A stretch of DNA of 32,550 nt from the NCBI GenBank assembly GCA_001275005.1, contig JWZX01003024.1, positions 1-32,550 on the forward strand. Direction: 5' to 3'. Numbering within the stretch: position 1 is the first letter of the stretch; each line of letters opens with the position of its first letter. The position numbers and the translations under genes are program-made. The notes beneath the pieces are model-generated. The model had not been told where the DNA came from and searched no databases. It saw only the letters and a list, made by a program, of their open reading frames with translations. Shown here in pieces: positions 20,643 through 30,058 of the stretch. The DNA is from Chrysochromulina tobinii. Its lineage: Eukaryota.

Positions 20643-22784
20643 TCACTTGGACCGGCGCTGCTTATGTCGCATCCGCATCAGGTGGCGCAGCCGGTGCGCG
20701 CGCGTGCAGTCGGCGCCGCCGCACGCCTCATTGATGGTGAATGAGAACCGACCGGGCATGTATTCTGCGTTCCAGAAGATGTAGTAGTTCGTGCCCGCGG
20801 TGCACGGGAAGGAGACGGTCGCGGTGCGCCCGCCCTCGGAGTTGGCAAAGCCGAGAGGGTCTTGCGCGCCGAAGCGGGCGCAGATGGCATAGACGGCAAC
20901 GAGCGTGTCACGCTTGAGGCTGCTAACGGTGCACCTGCCACCGCGTGAGTACTGGGTCGCCGTATACTTGAAGTGCTCGTCGAGCACGCCCGAGGCCCAG
21001 TTGGCACCCGTGTGCGCCGGCTTGGCGACGGCGCAGTGCGAGCCGGGCGGCACGGCGGCGCGGCATTCGTGCGAGTAGTCGAGAAGAGCCGTGTCCGCCG
21101 AGGTGCACAGGCACAGGCTGTCGCAGCTCTTGAGGGTGGTGGCCGAGTTGTGCACCTTGATCTGGAACGTCTCGGTGTGCGAGCTGCTCGTGCCGCCCTC
21201 GCTCGTCAGCGTGAGGGACACCCACTTAGCCGCTTTTGGCCAGCTGAGGCTGAGCGCAGGCAGCTCGGTGCTCGTGCGTGCCTCGAGGGCGGGCACGCTC
21301 ACGCATGCGCGTGACGCGCTGTCCTCGCCCGCCGGCGTCTCCCAGCGCGCTGAGGACTGCAGCGTGGCGGTAGCCGGAGTGCCGTGCGCGCACATCCGGT
21401 GCACATGCGTGTAGTGCCCGAGCCCGTTGTTCTGGACTGTCAGCGTGAAGCTGCCCGCGGTGCCCTCGTCATTGCTGGTGGTCACGAGGCCGTCGAGCTG
21501 CATCATGGGGCCCGCGGCCCACGCGGCGTAGCGCGCGGGAAACGCACTCTCCATGGCGATGGGGAGGATGCGCGAGGGCGGCGGCCAGAAGCCATCCTGG
21601 CTCGAGCCCACCTCGATGGTGAGCGAGGCCGCGCGCTGGTCGCCCCAGCCCCAGTCGTCAGCCTCGCCGTTGGTCGTGTAGCCCACGCTCTCCCACGCGC
21701 GCCCCGAGGCGTAGTGGTTGTTGGCGGCCATCTCGTTGGCAAACTCTTGGAACATGCCCAGGTCGCTGTTGGACATCGGCGCGTGCCAGTCAAAGCTGAA
21801 CGGGAAGGCGATGTCGTTGCCCCAGCCGTGCCAATGCAGCACGATCTTCGGCGCGTGCCGGCGCACGACCTCGCGGATCGCTTGCGTCTCGGGCTCCGAG
21901 AAGGCGCTTGTACCCCGGTACTCTTCCGAGCAGCCGCTCGGCGACGAGCCCACGTTATCGTACGCGTACTTGAACCCGAAGTTGCGGTTGAGATCCACGC
22001 CGTCGTTCTCGGTGTCGGGCGGCTGGCACGTCTGCGCACCGTTCTTACGCTTCATGCCGCCACCGCGCGGCCGGGTGCGCTCGTTCCACGCATAGCCGTC
22101 CGGGTTGGCGAGTGGCATGAAGAGTAGTTTACGCGTGCGCAGCAGGTTCGCCGCGCCTCCCACGTTCATCTCCGCGTCGCGCAGCACCTCGCGCAGCGCG
22201 TGGACCAGGCACATGAGCGTCGCCGGCTCGCGCGCGTGCACGAGCGCCGTGTACAGCACCGCCGGCCTGTCGCCGCCGCCAGAGCAGCTGACCAGGCCAT
22301 CGGTCACGCACCAGACCTCAATGGCACGCCCGAGCCGAGACGTGCCCATTCGTATCGGCGTGCTGATCAGTGAAGGGTAGCGCGAGACAAGCCGCGACAT
22401 CTCGAGCGCGAGCTCCGACGACGTGTAATAGCCACCCATCGAACCCGCGAGCGCGGGCTCTGAAGACAACAGGCGCCGGCCGGCGACGCGCATGGCCTCG
22501 TTTGCACTGGCGGCGGGGATGGCGGCCGACTCACGATCGGCGCGCGCCTCATAGTAAGCGCTCGCGTCAGGCGTTTCGAGCGTCGCGCGCGCTTCGGAGG
22601 CTGCGAGCAGTCGGCGCCATTCCGCCGCGGGCGCCGCGAAGGTGACAGCGCCGGTGCTGCTGCCATTGCCCGACCATGCGATGGAGGAGCGCACAGCGCG
22701 CGCAGCGGCGGGCGAGAGCCGCGCAAGACCCGCCGGCCAGGGCGCGGACAGCGTCACGATGCCGACGGTCGCGTTAGTTTGCAT
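20643..22784 (-). CDS. M14 zinc carboxypeptidase (carboxypeptidase T-like) with a Cys-rich / PPC-like C-terminal region; 5' end uncertain
   Basis: HARE zinc motif, NPDG, RKN, GVDLNRNF, YRGTSAFSEPET, WHGWG, NGEADDW and catalytic TIEV. The first in-frame ATG is at 22784. Intronless. Confidence 0.88.
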   Translation of the reverse strand: MQTNATVGIVTLSAPWPAGLARLSPAAARAVRSSIAWSGNGSSTGAVTFAAPAAEWRRLLAASEARATLETPDASAYYEARADRESAAIPAASANEAMRVAGRRLLSSEPALAGSMGGYYTSSELALEMSRLVSRYPSLISTPIRMGTSRLGRAIEVWCVTDGLVSCSGGGDRPAVLYTALVHAREPATLMCLVHALREVLRDAEMNVGGAANLLRTRKLLFMPLANPDGYAWNERTRPRGGGMKRKNGAQTCQPPDTENDGVDLNRNFGFKYAYDNVGSSPSGCSEEYRGTSAFSEPETQAIREVVRRHAPKIVLHWHGWGNDIAFPFSFDWHAPMSNSDLGMFQEFANEMAANNHYASGRAWESVGYTTNGEADDWGWGDQRAASLTIEVGSSQDGFWPPPSRILPIAMESAFPARYAAWAAGPMMQLDGLVTTSNDEGTAGSFTLTVQNNGLGHYTHVHRMCAHGTPATATLQSSARWETPAGEDSASRACVSVPALEARTSTELPALSLSWPKAAKWVSLTLTSEGGTSSSHTETFQIKVHNSATTLKSCDSLCLCTSADTALLDYSHECRAAVPPGSHCAVAKPAHTGANWASGVLDEHFKYTATQYSRGGRCTVSSLKRDTLVAVYAICARFGAQDPLGFANSEGGRTATVSFPCTAGTNYYIFWNAEYMPGRFSFTINEACGGADCTRAHRLRHLMRMRHKQRRSK

Positions 22785-22965
22785 GGAGTTCGCGGCCACC
22801 CTCTCGCCCACGAGCAGGGTAAGGGGGTAGCAGGGTCCCTGCTCATCTATCGATCGAGGTCCTTGTGCATGAAGAGGGCCTCACGAGCGCAGCGCTGCCT
22901 CGCCCAAGCTCCATGCGATAGCTGAAGCGTCGTGTTGAACAGTTGTCTCGTCCAAAAAGGCCGAA

Positions 22966-24153
22966 ATGCACCCGCTCGCGCTCTCAGAGCCGCTCTCTGC
23001 GGCCGTTCGAGCATCCATCACCTTGCCACCGGCTGAGCGGCCGCTCTTCGTAGGCAAGCACTTGCTCGCGCAGGCGCAGAACGTCAAGACCCTGCCCACG
23101 GCCACCTCGGCCGGCGGCACTGCCGCCATCTCTCGCGCCGCGCTGCAGGAGGAGCTCGCTGCGCTGGCCGAGATTCTCACCGCCGCGCTCAACGCCGTGA
23201 GTGGTCTACCGGGATCCTCGCTGCAGCGGCTGGCCGACCACCTCATTGCGGAATACAGCGGCGCCAACGCAGGTGCGCCCTCGGCTGATGGAGCAGGCGG
23301 CGGCAAGGGCAAAAAGACGGCACGCTTTGCTGCGGTCGGTGGTCCTGAGCCGACGCGCGTGGGCGAGCCGCCCAAGGAGATGTCCAAGGAGTACGTCGGC
23401 GAGCAGAGCGCCGACGGCACGGCCGAGGGCAAGGGTACGGCCACGTACGCCAACGGCGACGTGTACGAGGGCGAATGGAAGAACGATCGGAGGGAAGGAC
23501 AGGGCTCGTGCAAGTGCACGAGTGGTGAGTGGTACGAAGGCACGTGGAAGGCGGACAAGCGCGACGGCCACGGCGTTGCGCGCTACGTGAGCGGCGACAA
23601 GTACGAGGGCGATTGGCGCTTCGGCAAGCGCGAAGGCAAGGGTCGAGCCACGTACGCGAGCGGCGACGGCTACGAAGGCGAGTGGGTGGCTGACAAGAAG
23701 CAGGGCTTCGGTACATTCTGGTCGGCGAGCGGCGAGGTATACGAGGGCCAGTGGCTCACGGGGACGTATGAGGGGCGCGGCACCTACCTGTACGCTAGCA
23801 GCGACGTGTACGAAGGCGAATACCACAACGGCAAGCGCGATGGCCACGGCGTCTACATGTATGCCTGCGGCGACGTGTACGAGGGCGAGTACAAGCAGGG
23901 CCGGATGGAGGGCCGAGGCATCTATCGTCTGGCGGACGGCACCGCGGAGGCGGGCCGCTATTTCGCCGGCGCAGACGTGGGTGAGGGCGTTAGGTGGAGC
24001 GCCGACAGAAAACGCGCGTACCGGCTGCGAGGAGGCAAGGTCGAGGAAGAGATCACGCTCGAAGAGGCCGCGCGCATCGCTGGCGCCCTCGGGATGGCAG
24101 TGCCACCCCCCTCGCTTGGCCCCGAGGATGACGAAGCCGTGCCGGTTCAATGA
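22966..24153 (+). CDS. MORN-repeat protein with two N-terminal helical Dpy-30/RIIa-like motifs, 395 aa
   Basis: About eight 23-aa repeats of the form YEGxWxxxxxxGxG, plus a degenerate ninth (~23389-24005). The N-terminus holds two similar amphipathic helical units. Confidence 0.9.
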   Translation: MHPLALSEPLSAAVRASITLPPAERPLFVGKHLLAQAQNVKTLPTATSAGGTAAISRAALQEELAALAEILTAALNAVSGLPGSSLQRLADHLIAEYSGANAGAPSADGAGGGKGKKTARFAAVGGPEPTRVGEPPKEMSKEYVGEQSADGTAEGKGTATYANGDVYEGEWKNDRREGQGSCKCTSGEWYEGTWKADKRDGHGVARYVSGDKYEGDWRFGKREGKGRATYASGDGYEGEWVADKKQGFGTFWSASGEVYEGQWLTGTYEGRGTYLYASSDVYEGEYHNGKRDGHGVYMYACGDVYEGEYKQGRMEGRGIYRLADGTAEAGRYFAGADVGEGVRWSADRKRAYRLRGGKVEEEITLEEAARIAGALGMAVPPPSLGPEDDEAVPVQ

Positions 24154-24803
24154 CCTGATCATCACGGCTTTGGAGCGGCCCACGTCTTGGACGGCTGCTC
24201 GACCCGGGTTTACACGCCATGGCGCCAGGTCGCAAGGTGTGCCACACAGCTAACGACGCTCGCCGCCGCTCGAGCTAGCCGGGGGGGCGAGTGTGCTTGC
24301 CCGCATTTCCGTGCGTCGGACTCGCGGAGCTCTCAACCCTCTCTCAGTGCCGTGCCGTGTCATACCGCCAACACGCCGGATGCGGTGTACGCATTTTGGA
24401 TGTGTGGGCCTGACGCGCATAGGATTGCGCTCGGTGAGCGCAAGTGTGTATTGTGCACACAGGCACAGACCGCCTGGTTTGTGCGCCTGGTCCACATGGA
24501 CCTTAATTGAAATTAGTCACCCGCGTGCCGCACGCGCGTGTCGCGTCGGCCCCAGTGCGGAATCTCGGATGACCCTGATCGTATATTGTTAACCCGAAAC
24601 GCGAAAGAAAGCTGTGTTCTCTAGAGACCTGCGGCTGCGCACCCACTGCACGCCCCTGACGCCGCTCCCGCCGCAGGCGCAGCCCGCCTGCACACAGCCA
24701 CCACACCATCTAGTAATCGCATCCCACACACTCGATACAAGACTGGCGGCCAACTCATATCGTATGCACAAGCCAAGCATTGCCACCACACCATCTAGAA
24801 ATA

Positions 24804-25142
24804 TCAGTTCCTTGCAATGCCACGTCTCCTTGCTCTCTGCGCCAATGCGTTCGCCCTGACCTTGACGACTTTTCGCTTTGCAGCACGCCTCGCTCGATTG
24901 TGCTTCTTCTTCGATATCGCTCGACTGGCTGACTTGCCCGTATCATTTTCTGTCTCTGCCTCCCTGGTTTTCAAACTTTTGCTCAGTGCCTCACTCAACA
25001 AGTCCATCTCGTCCATTGGTTCTGCTGACAAAGCGCTCGCCTTGGGCGACGTCTTCTTCTTGAGGGCGCTGTTGGCCTTGGGTAGCTTTCTCTTCACGGT
25101 GCGGCTCCTCTTCAGGGCGCCGTTAGACTTCTTCTTCACCAT
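24804..25142 (-). CDS. Small Lys/Arg-rich hypothetical protein (~112 aa), possibly nucleolar or nucleic-acid binding
   Basis: ATG at 25142 (MVKKKSNG...). Strong AAG codon bias; basic ends flank an acidic middle (EPMDEMD). No family recognised, and an upstream exon is possible. Confidence 0.55.
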   Translation of the reverse strand: MVKKKSNGALKRSRTVKRKLPKANSALKKKTSPKASALSAEPMDEMDLLSEALSKSLKTREAETENDTGKSASRAISKKKHNRARRAAKRKVVKVRANALAQRARRRGIARN

Positions 25143-25494
25143 CACCAGAGGCAAACCTTGCAAACCTCCCACGTCAATCGGACAATCAGGACGGACACAG
25201 TGAGGCCAGCCGAGGCCCTAGGGGCCTCGTCGTTCTTCTGCGGACTGACCTTTTTTAACGAAACTAGGCGAGGCCACGGTCTTCACGTTCACGTTTCGTT
25301 GCCATCTCGGCAAGACGCACGACCACCGGTCCCGTCGTCTTCTTGACTTGTCTTGAATGTTCTAAACATGCGTTTTTTTGTGGACGCTCAGAAACACAGC
25401 GGCCCCCCGTTTCACACAAGTAACTTGTTCTCTCGCCGTGCGTGCACGCACACGCCCTCCCCCCCTTCAGGGGTGATTGAATCATGGGTGTATT

Positions 25495-26928
25495 TCAATA
25501 GAACGTGATCGGCGGCCCAATCTCTTTGCTGCCACCGGTCTGGCTGTGGTGACTTACCTTGAGAAAGTCAGCGGCCGTGGCCTGCCAGCCGTCGATGGTC
25601 CTTCGCGCACGCTCAATCTGGTGCCGAGCGTTGGTGGACGGCGAGAGTGTCGTCATCACGGGGCCGCTGCCATCACGCCGCTGAGGCGGCACCTGTGCAG
25701 CTCCATAATGCACTTGAGCAGCAGGAGGTGGAGGAGGCAATTGAGCAGGAGTTGGAGATTGAGTTATTGCCGCCATCCTTGTCGGAGAGGTCGTGGTCAC
25801 ATGCCAAGTGGCGGCTGCGGCAGCCATGGCGCCTGTGGCGGTTGCAGTGCCTGCAGTCCTGACCCCGTTGTCAAGCGGAGTCGCACCGTGGCTGCCTCGG
25901 CCGGCGGAGCTGCAGCTTGCGCTGCCACCGAGGCAGCCCCTGGCAAGGTCGGGGGGCACGCGCTCTGTTTGTGTGGCTGCGAGTGCGGGCGGGGGAAGCG
26001 CCCCTGGGGGGTCGAGTGATATCGAGAGTGATAGAGGTACTCTGGCCGCCGCCACCGCCGCCGCCGTTGCCACCCGTGCAGCAGCCTCACGCGCTGCCCT
26101 AGGTCGCTCGATTGGTGCGGCGACCTGCGGCTGCTGCTCGAGCGGCGAGGACCACCCCGACGGGGCGCCGCCAGCTGTGTACGGGCTGTTTGCGGTCGCG
26201 TCGACAGTGCGGGTGGCGGCACCTGTGGCGGCACAAGCGATCGCGACACTCGCGGAGTCGGCGGTCAATGGCGTCTGAGAGGCGGCCGCCGGAGCCGTTT
26301 GAGCAGGCGGCGCGCCAGGGGTAACGCCGAGATCCCACTCGAGATCACACTCGGGGATGAGCGCCGCCGCTCGACGCAGCCACGTGGGCGTGCTCGCGCC
26401 CTCGGGGATGGGCGAGCCGCCTCCGCGCTCCTCGCTTTCACTGCGCGCCGACAGTGGCTGTGGCGGGTCTGCTGGAGGTTTGCCGCACATGTGTGGCGCA
26501 GGAAGGTGAGTATTCGCCCATGCCATGAGCAGGCCATTCGCGCATGGTCGTGACCCCGTCAGGTGCTGCCCAAGGACCTCTTCGAGGCTGCGGCGAAGCC
26601 CATCTTCTCGGGCCAGAGCGGCAGCAAGTTGATGCTGTGTGTGAGCGAGCTGCGCAGCGAGCCTCTCGATGCGGCATTCGGCATCAGAGAGCTCGCGAGC
26701 AAGCAAGCCCTGCTCGACGCCAGCCTCAATTGCGCTATCTAATGCCTCGACACACGATGAGCCTGCTGGCTCATCTACCACCGGAGTGCCAAAGCGCCTC
26801 TTGACCGCTGCGTTGGCTGCCTCCTCGTCGGCCATCCGCTGCCTCTGTAGCATTGCGCTGATTTGGTCGCAGCTCGCACGCAGATGACGCGCCGCGTCGT
26901 CGGCCAGAGCGGCCTCGCTTGTTCGCAT
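25495..26928 (-). CDS. Hypothetical protein with an N-terminal coiled coil and Pro/Ala/Thr-rich disordered body, ~477 aa
   Basis: Long ATG ORF with a heptad segment (LARELSDAECRIERLAAQLAHTQHQL). A perfect AG|GTAAGT donor at 25557 suggests the true 3' end may be spliced. Confidence 0.6.
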   Translation of the reverse strand: MRTSEAALADDAARHLRASCDQISAMLQRQRMADEEAANAAVKRRFGTPVVDEPAGSSCVEALDSAIEAGVEQGLLARELSDAECRIERLAAQLAHTQHQLAAALAREDGLRRSLEEVLGQHLTGSRPCANGLLMAWANTHLPAPHMCGKPPADPPQPLSARSESEERGGGSPIPEGASTPTWLRRAAALIPECDLEWDLGVTPGAPPAQTAPAAASQTPLTADSASVAIACAATGAATRTVDATANSPYTAGGAPSGWSSPLEQQPQVAAPIERPRAAREAAARVATAAAVAAARVPLSLSISLDPPGALPPPALAATQTERVPPDLARGCLGGSASCSSAGRGSHGATPLDNGVRTAGTATATGAMAAAAATWHVTTTSPTRMAAITQSPTPAQLPPPPPAAQVHYGAAQVPPQRRDGSGPVMTTLSPSTNARHQIERARRTIDGWQATAADFLKVSHHSQTGGSKEIGPPITFY

Positions 26929-27091
26929 TGATGCGGATTTGGCGTGCTTGCGGATTTGCGTGAGGATACCAAGGGAAGTTAGTCAACGAGAATTCGCTGC
27001 GAGAAACTCCTTCCTGGTCTTTGAAAGCATCTGCAGGAGTCGCTGCGGACTCCGCGAGCGTTCTCAAATCGGTGAGGCTGGTTTGCTCCAC

Positions 27092-28042
27092 ATGCATCCA
27101 TCCGACCGGCGATCCTCTCTCCTCTCAGCGGTGTTGCAAACGTTAGCCGAGGTAGGGCCGAATCCAACCTCCTTCAAGGCCTCCCCGGCGGCCGACTACA
27201 TCGCCGATGGCTACGTCAATCGCTCGGCACCTGGGTGGTGGGTCACTTACGCGTGCCTGCTGGAGATTACCTCCCACACAGTGGAGGACGCTGGACATCT
27301 CGAAGACCTCGTTTCGCTACGCTTTGATGCCGGCGAGGACGTGCACAACGGCGAACCGTGGGTGTGGGAACTGACCTACGGCATGGAACATGGCGAGCGC
27401 CGCCTCGTGCTCCGAGACCACGCGACCTATCCTGAACCCTGGAGGCATGTGCTCCAGTACCATGCCATTGGCCGCTGCCGTGATACGCTGCTCGAGCGCG
27501 CCGCTGCGCGCCTTGGGCAGCAGCAAGGCGTTCGCAACAGCCTCAGCGCCGCTGTCGCCGCCATCGCCGCTGTCTTCGTTTCAAGCAAAGCATCGCCCTC
27601 AGCCGCCGCACAGGCACCACCGCCCATGTGGCGGCCGCCGGACAAGCGCACCGAGACGAAGGTGTGGCGGCCGCCGGATGAGGTGGAAGCAGCTGAAGCG
27701 GCGTGGGCGGCCGCACCTGCCACCACCGGCTCGTTGCCCTTTGCGTGGGCCGTGAAGACCTCGGCATCTGGAGCTCGGAGCCACCTCCCTTTCTCTGAGC
27801 TCGGGACTCGGAGCTCGGGGGTGGTGTCCTTTCACGTCCTCGATGAAACCCCACGTGTTGCGCAGATGGCAGCCGTCGGCAGTGAGGACCCCGACTCCTC
27901 ACGCCCGTTTGTGATGTCGTCGGCAGACGTGCTACCGCCTGCGCTTGCCGCCGCTGAGGCGTTTGCGAGCGTGTACATGGGACAGCCCACATCGCCTGCA
28001 TCGGTGTCGGGGATGACAACAGACAGTGACTCCTGGCGTTAG
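27092..28042 (+). CDS. Hypothetical protein (~316 aa): globular aromatic-rich N-terminal domain plus low-complexity tail
   Basis: First ATG at 27092 within ORF 26939-28042, with coding-like GC3 bias. Divergent from the 26928 gene. No family recognised. Confidence 0.6.
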   Translation: MHPSDRRSSLLSAVLQTLAEVGPNPTSFKASPAADYIADGYVNRSAPGWWVTYACLLEITSHTVEDAGHLEDLVSLRFDAGEDVHNGEPWVWELTYGMEHGERRLVLRDHATYPEPWRHVLQYHAIGRCRDTLLERAAARLGQQQGVRNSLSAAVAAIAAVFVSSKASPSAAAQAPPPMWRPPDKRTETKVWRPPDEVEAAEAAWAAAPATTGSLPFAWAVKTSASGARSHLPFSELGTRSSGVVSFHVLDETPRVAQMAAVGSEDPDSSRPFVMSSADVLPPALAAAEAFASVYMGQPTSPASVSGMTTDSDSWR

Positions 28043-28594
28043 GAGGTGTAGATGTAGAGTTTACCAAGATCTAACACACCATCATCGCGACCCATTTGGA
28101 TCCACCATGGGCCTCGGTGAACGACCGGGACGCGACCGCGCGAGTTGGAGTTCGCGTCGGGCCGGTCTCGCACCACGCAGCCGCTATGTGGAGTGTGGTG
28201 CATTGTGTCCGTTCGAGGTTCGGACGACCGGTGCACACGGTCGCGCAGTCGCGCACGGCCACGTCGACGGACACATACACGTAACGCGACACGCGGAATA
28301 CGACCGCGGCGTAACGTGCCACATACCCCGCGCCCAGACCACAGTGGCCCACACAGCCACTTACACAGCCACCCCCGCCGCCACGGCACCCAGGAGACCC
28401 TCCACCCACTCTGTTTGCCAAGATGTCCGCGCAGAACTTCGCAATCGCCCAGCGCGGGCGCGCCCGGTGCAGCAAGTTTCCAACATCAGCGGTCACAGAT
28501 GGGCACGTCATCGCGCGCAGACCCGATCGGCGCGTGCAGGTCTGAGAACCGGTCGCTCGGGCTTTGGCACAACTCAGCATCTCCCGTCCGCCGC

Positions 28595-29911
28595 TCAGAC
28601 CGCCTTGAGCACGAGAGCGATGCCCTGTCCGCCACCGATGCACGCGGCGCCGACGGCTGTTTTCACCTCACCGCGGGCGATGGCGTGCGCAAGGTGGAGC
28701 GTGATGCGCGAGCCCGAGGCGCCCAGAGGGTGGCCCAGGGCAATGGCACCGCCGTTGATGTTGAGCTTCGACGCGTCGATGCCGAGCCCCTTTGCGCACG
28801 CGAGGACCTGCGGCGCGAACGCCTCGTTGATCTCGATGCGATCCATGTCCTCGAGCGACATGGACGCCTTCTTGAGCGCCTCCTGGATCGCGGGCACCGG
28901 CCTGGTGGGAATCAGACAGACAACAGGGGTGACGTCAGTGGTAATCATGCATGTGGCCTGTGGACATCATTGCCAATCAATGGCAAGTAGTGAGCCTCAG
29001 CGGCAAAATCAGCTGGCCCAGGCCGTTGCGAACCCAATGCCCATGCGTGTCGGATCGACGCCGACGTTCGCCCAGGACACGAGCTCCGCGAGCGGCTTGA
29101 GGCCATACTTCTTGACGGCGGCCTCGCTCGCGAGCACAAGCGCGCCGGCGCCGTCGCAGATACCCGAGGCAGACGCGGCGGTCACCACACCTCCCTTCTT
29201 GAAGGTCGTGGGCAGCGCGCCCATCTTCTCGAGGGTCGTCACTCGAGGGTGTTCGTCTGTCGCAAAGGAGATCGGGCCTTTCTTCGACGTGAGTTCAATT
29301 GGCTCGATCTCGTGGGCGAAGACGCCCTTGGCATTCGCATCCGCCCACCGCTGCTGCGACGAGAGCGCGTAAGCGTCCGACTCGGCGCGCGTAATGCTGT
29401 AATCCGCCGCGAGGTTCTCCGCTGTGATGCCCATCGGGCAGCCCGCGTGCGAGTCTGTGAGGCCCGCCCAAAGCGTGTCCTGCATCTGTGCGTTGACGCC
29501 GAGGCGCGTGCCCCAGCGCACCTCGTGGCCGTACACGGACATAGGCGCCTGCGACATGGATTCGGTGCCCGCCGCCACGCCGACGGCTGCCTCGCCCAGC
29601 TTGATCTCGTGGGCGACGTTGATGCAGCTCTGAAACCCTGAACCGCACAGGCGATTGATGTTGAGCGCTGATACCGGAACGCGCATCCCATTCTTAAGCG
29701 CAACGTGCCTCGCAAGGTACGCTGCGTCCGGCGAGGTCTGCTGCACGTTGCCGACGACGACCGTGTCGACGATTTCAGGCGAGATCTTGCCGGACGCGAG
29801 CGCACCCCTGGTGGCGATCACCGCCAGGTCGGTCGCGCTCATGGACTTGAGCGCACCCCCAAAGGCGCCGAACGCTGTGCGCCTTGCCCCGACGATGAAC
29901 ACGCGCGTCAT
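28595..29911 (-). CDS. ACAA2: 3-ketoacyl-CoA thiolase, mitochondrial ACAA2-like; 2 exons (29911-29034, 28901-28595), 394 aa
   Basis: NRLCGSG (catalytic Cys), NEAF, GHPLGASG and CIGGGQG motifs. Removing the GT-AG intron 29033-28902 restores the conserved MGIGPVPAI. Confidence 0.93.
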
Positions 29912-30058
29912 GCTTGATTGCACAAACTATTGCACATCAAGAAAAGTTCGCAGTCCGCAATTTAATGTCCGACACGACGTGTCTTACCATATTAGAGACA
30001 ATTCAAACACGTTCCCCAACCAAACATTTAATGTTGTAATGTTCAACATCAACAAAAA

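Noticed and set aside
25143..25557. Splicing from the GTAAGT donor at 25557 to fuse the 477-aa ORF with the basic protein
   Set aside because: The most plausible acceptor tested leads to a stop before the basic ORF, so the fusion is unsupported.
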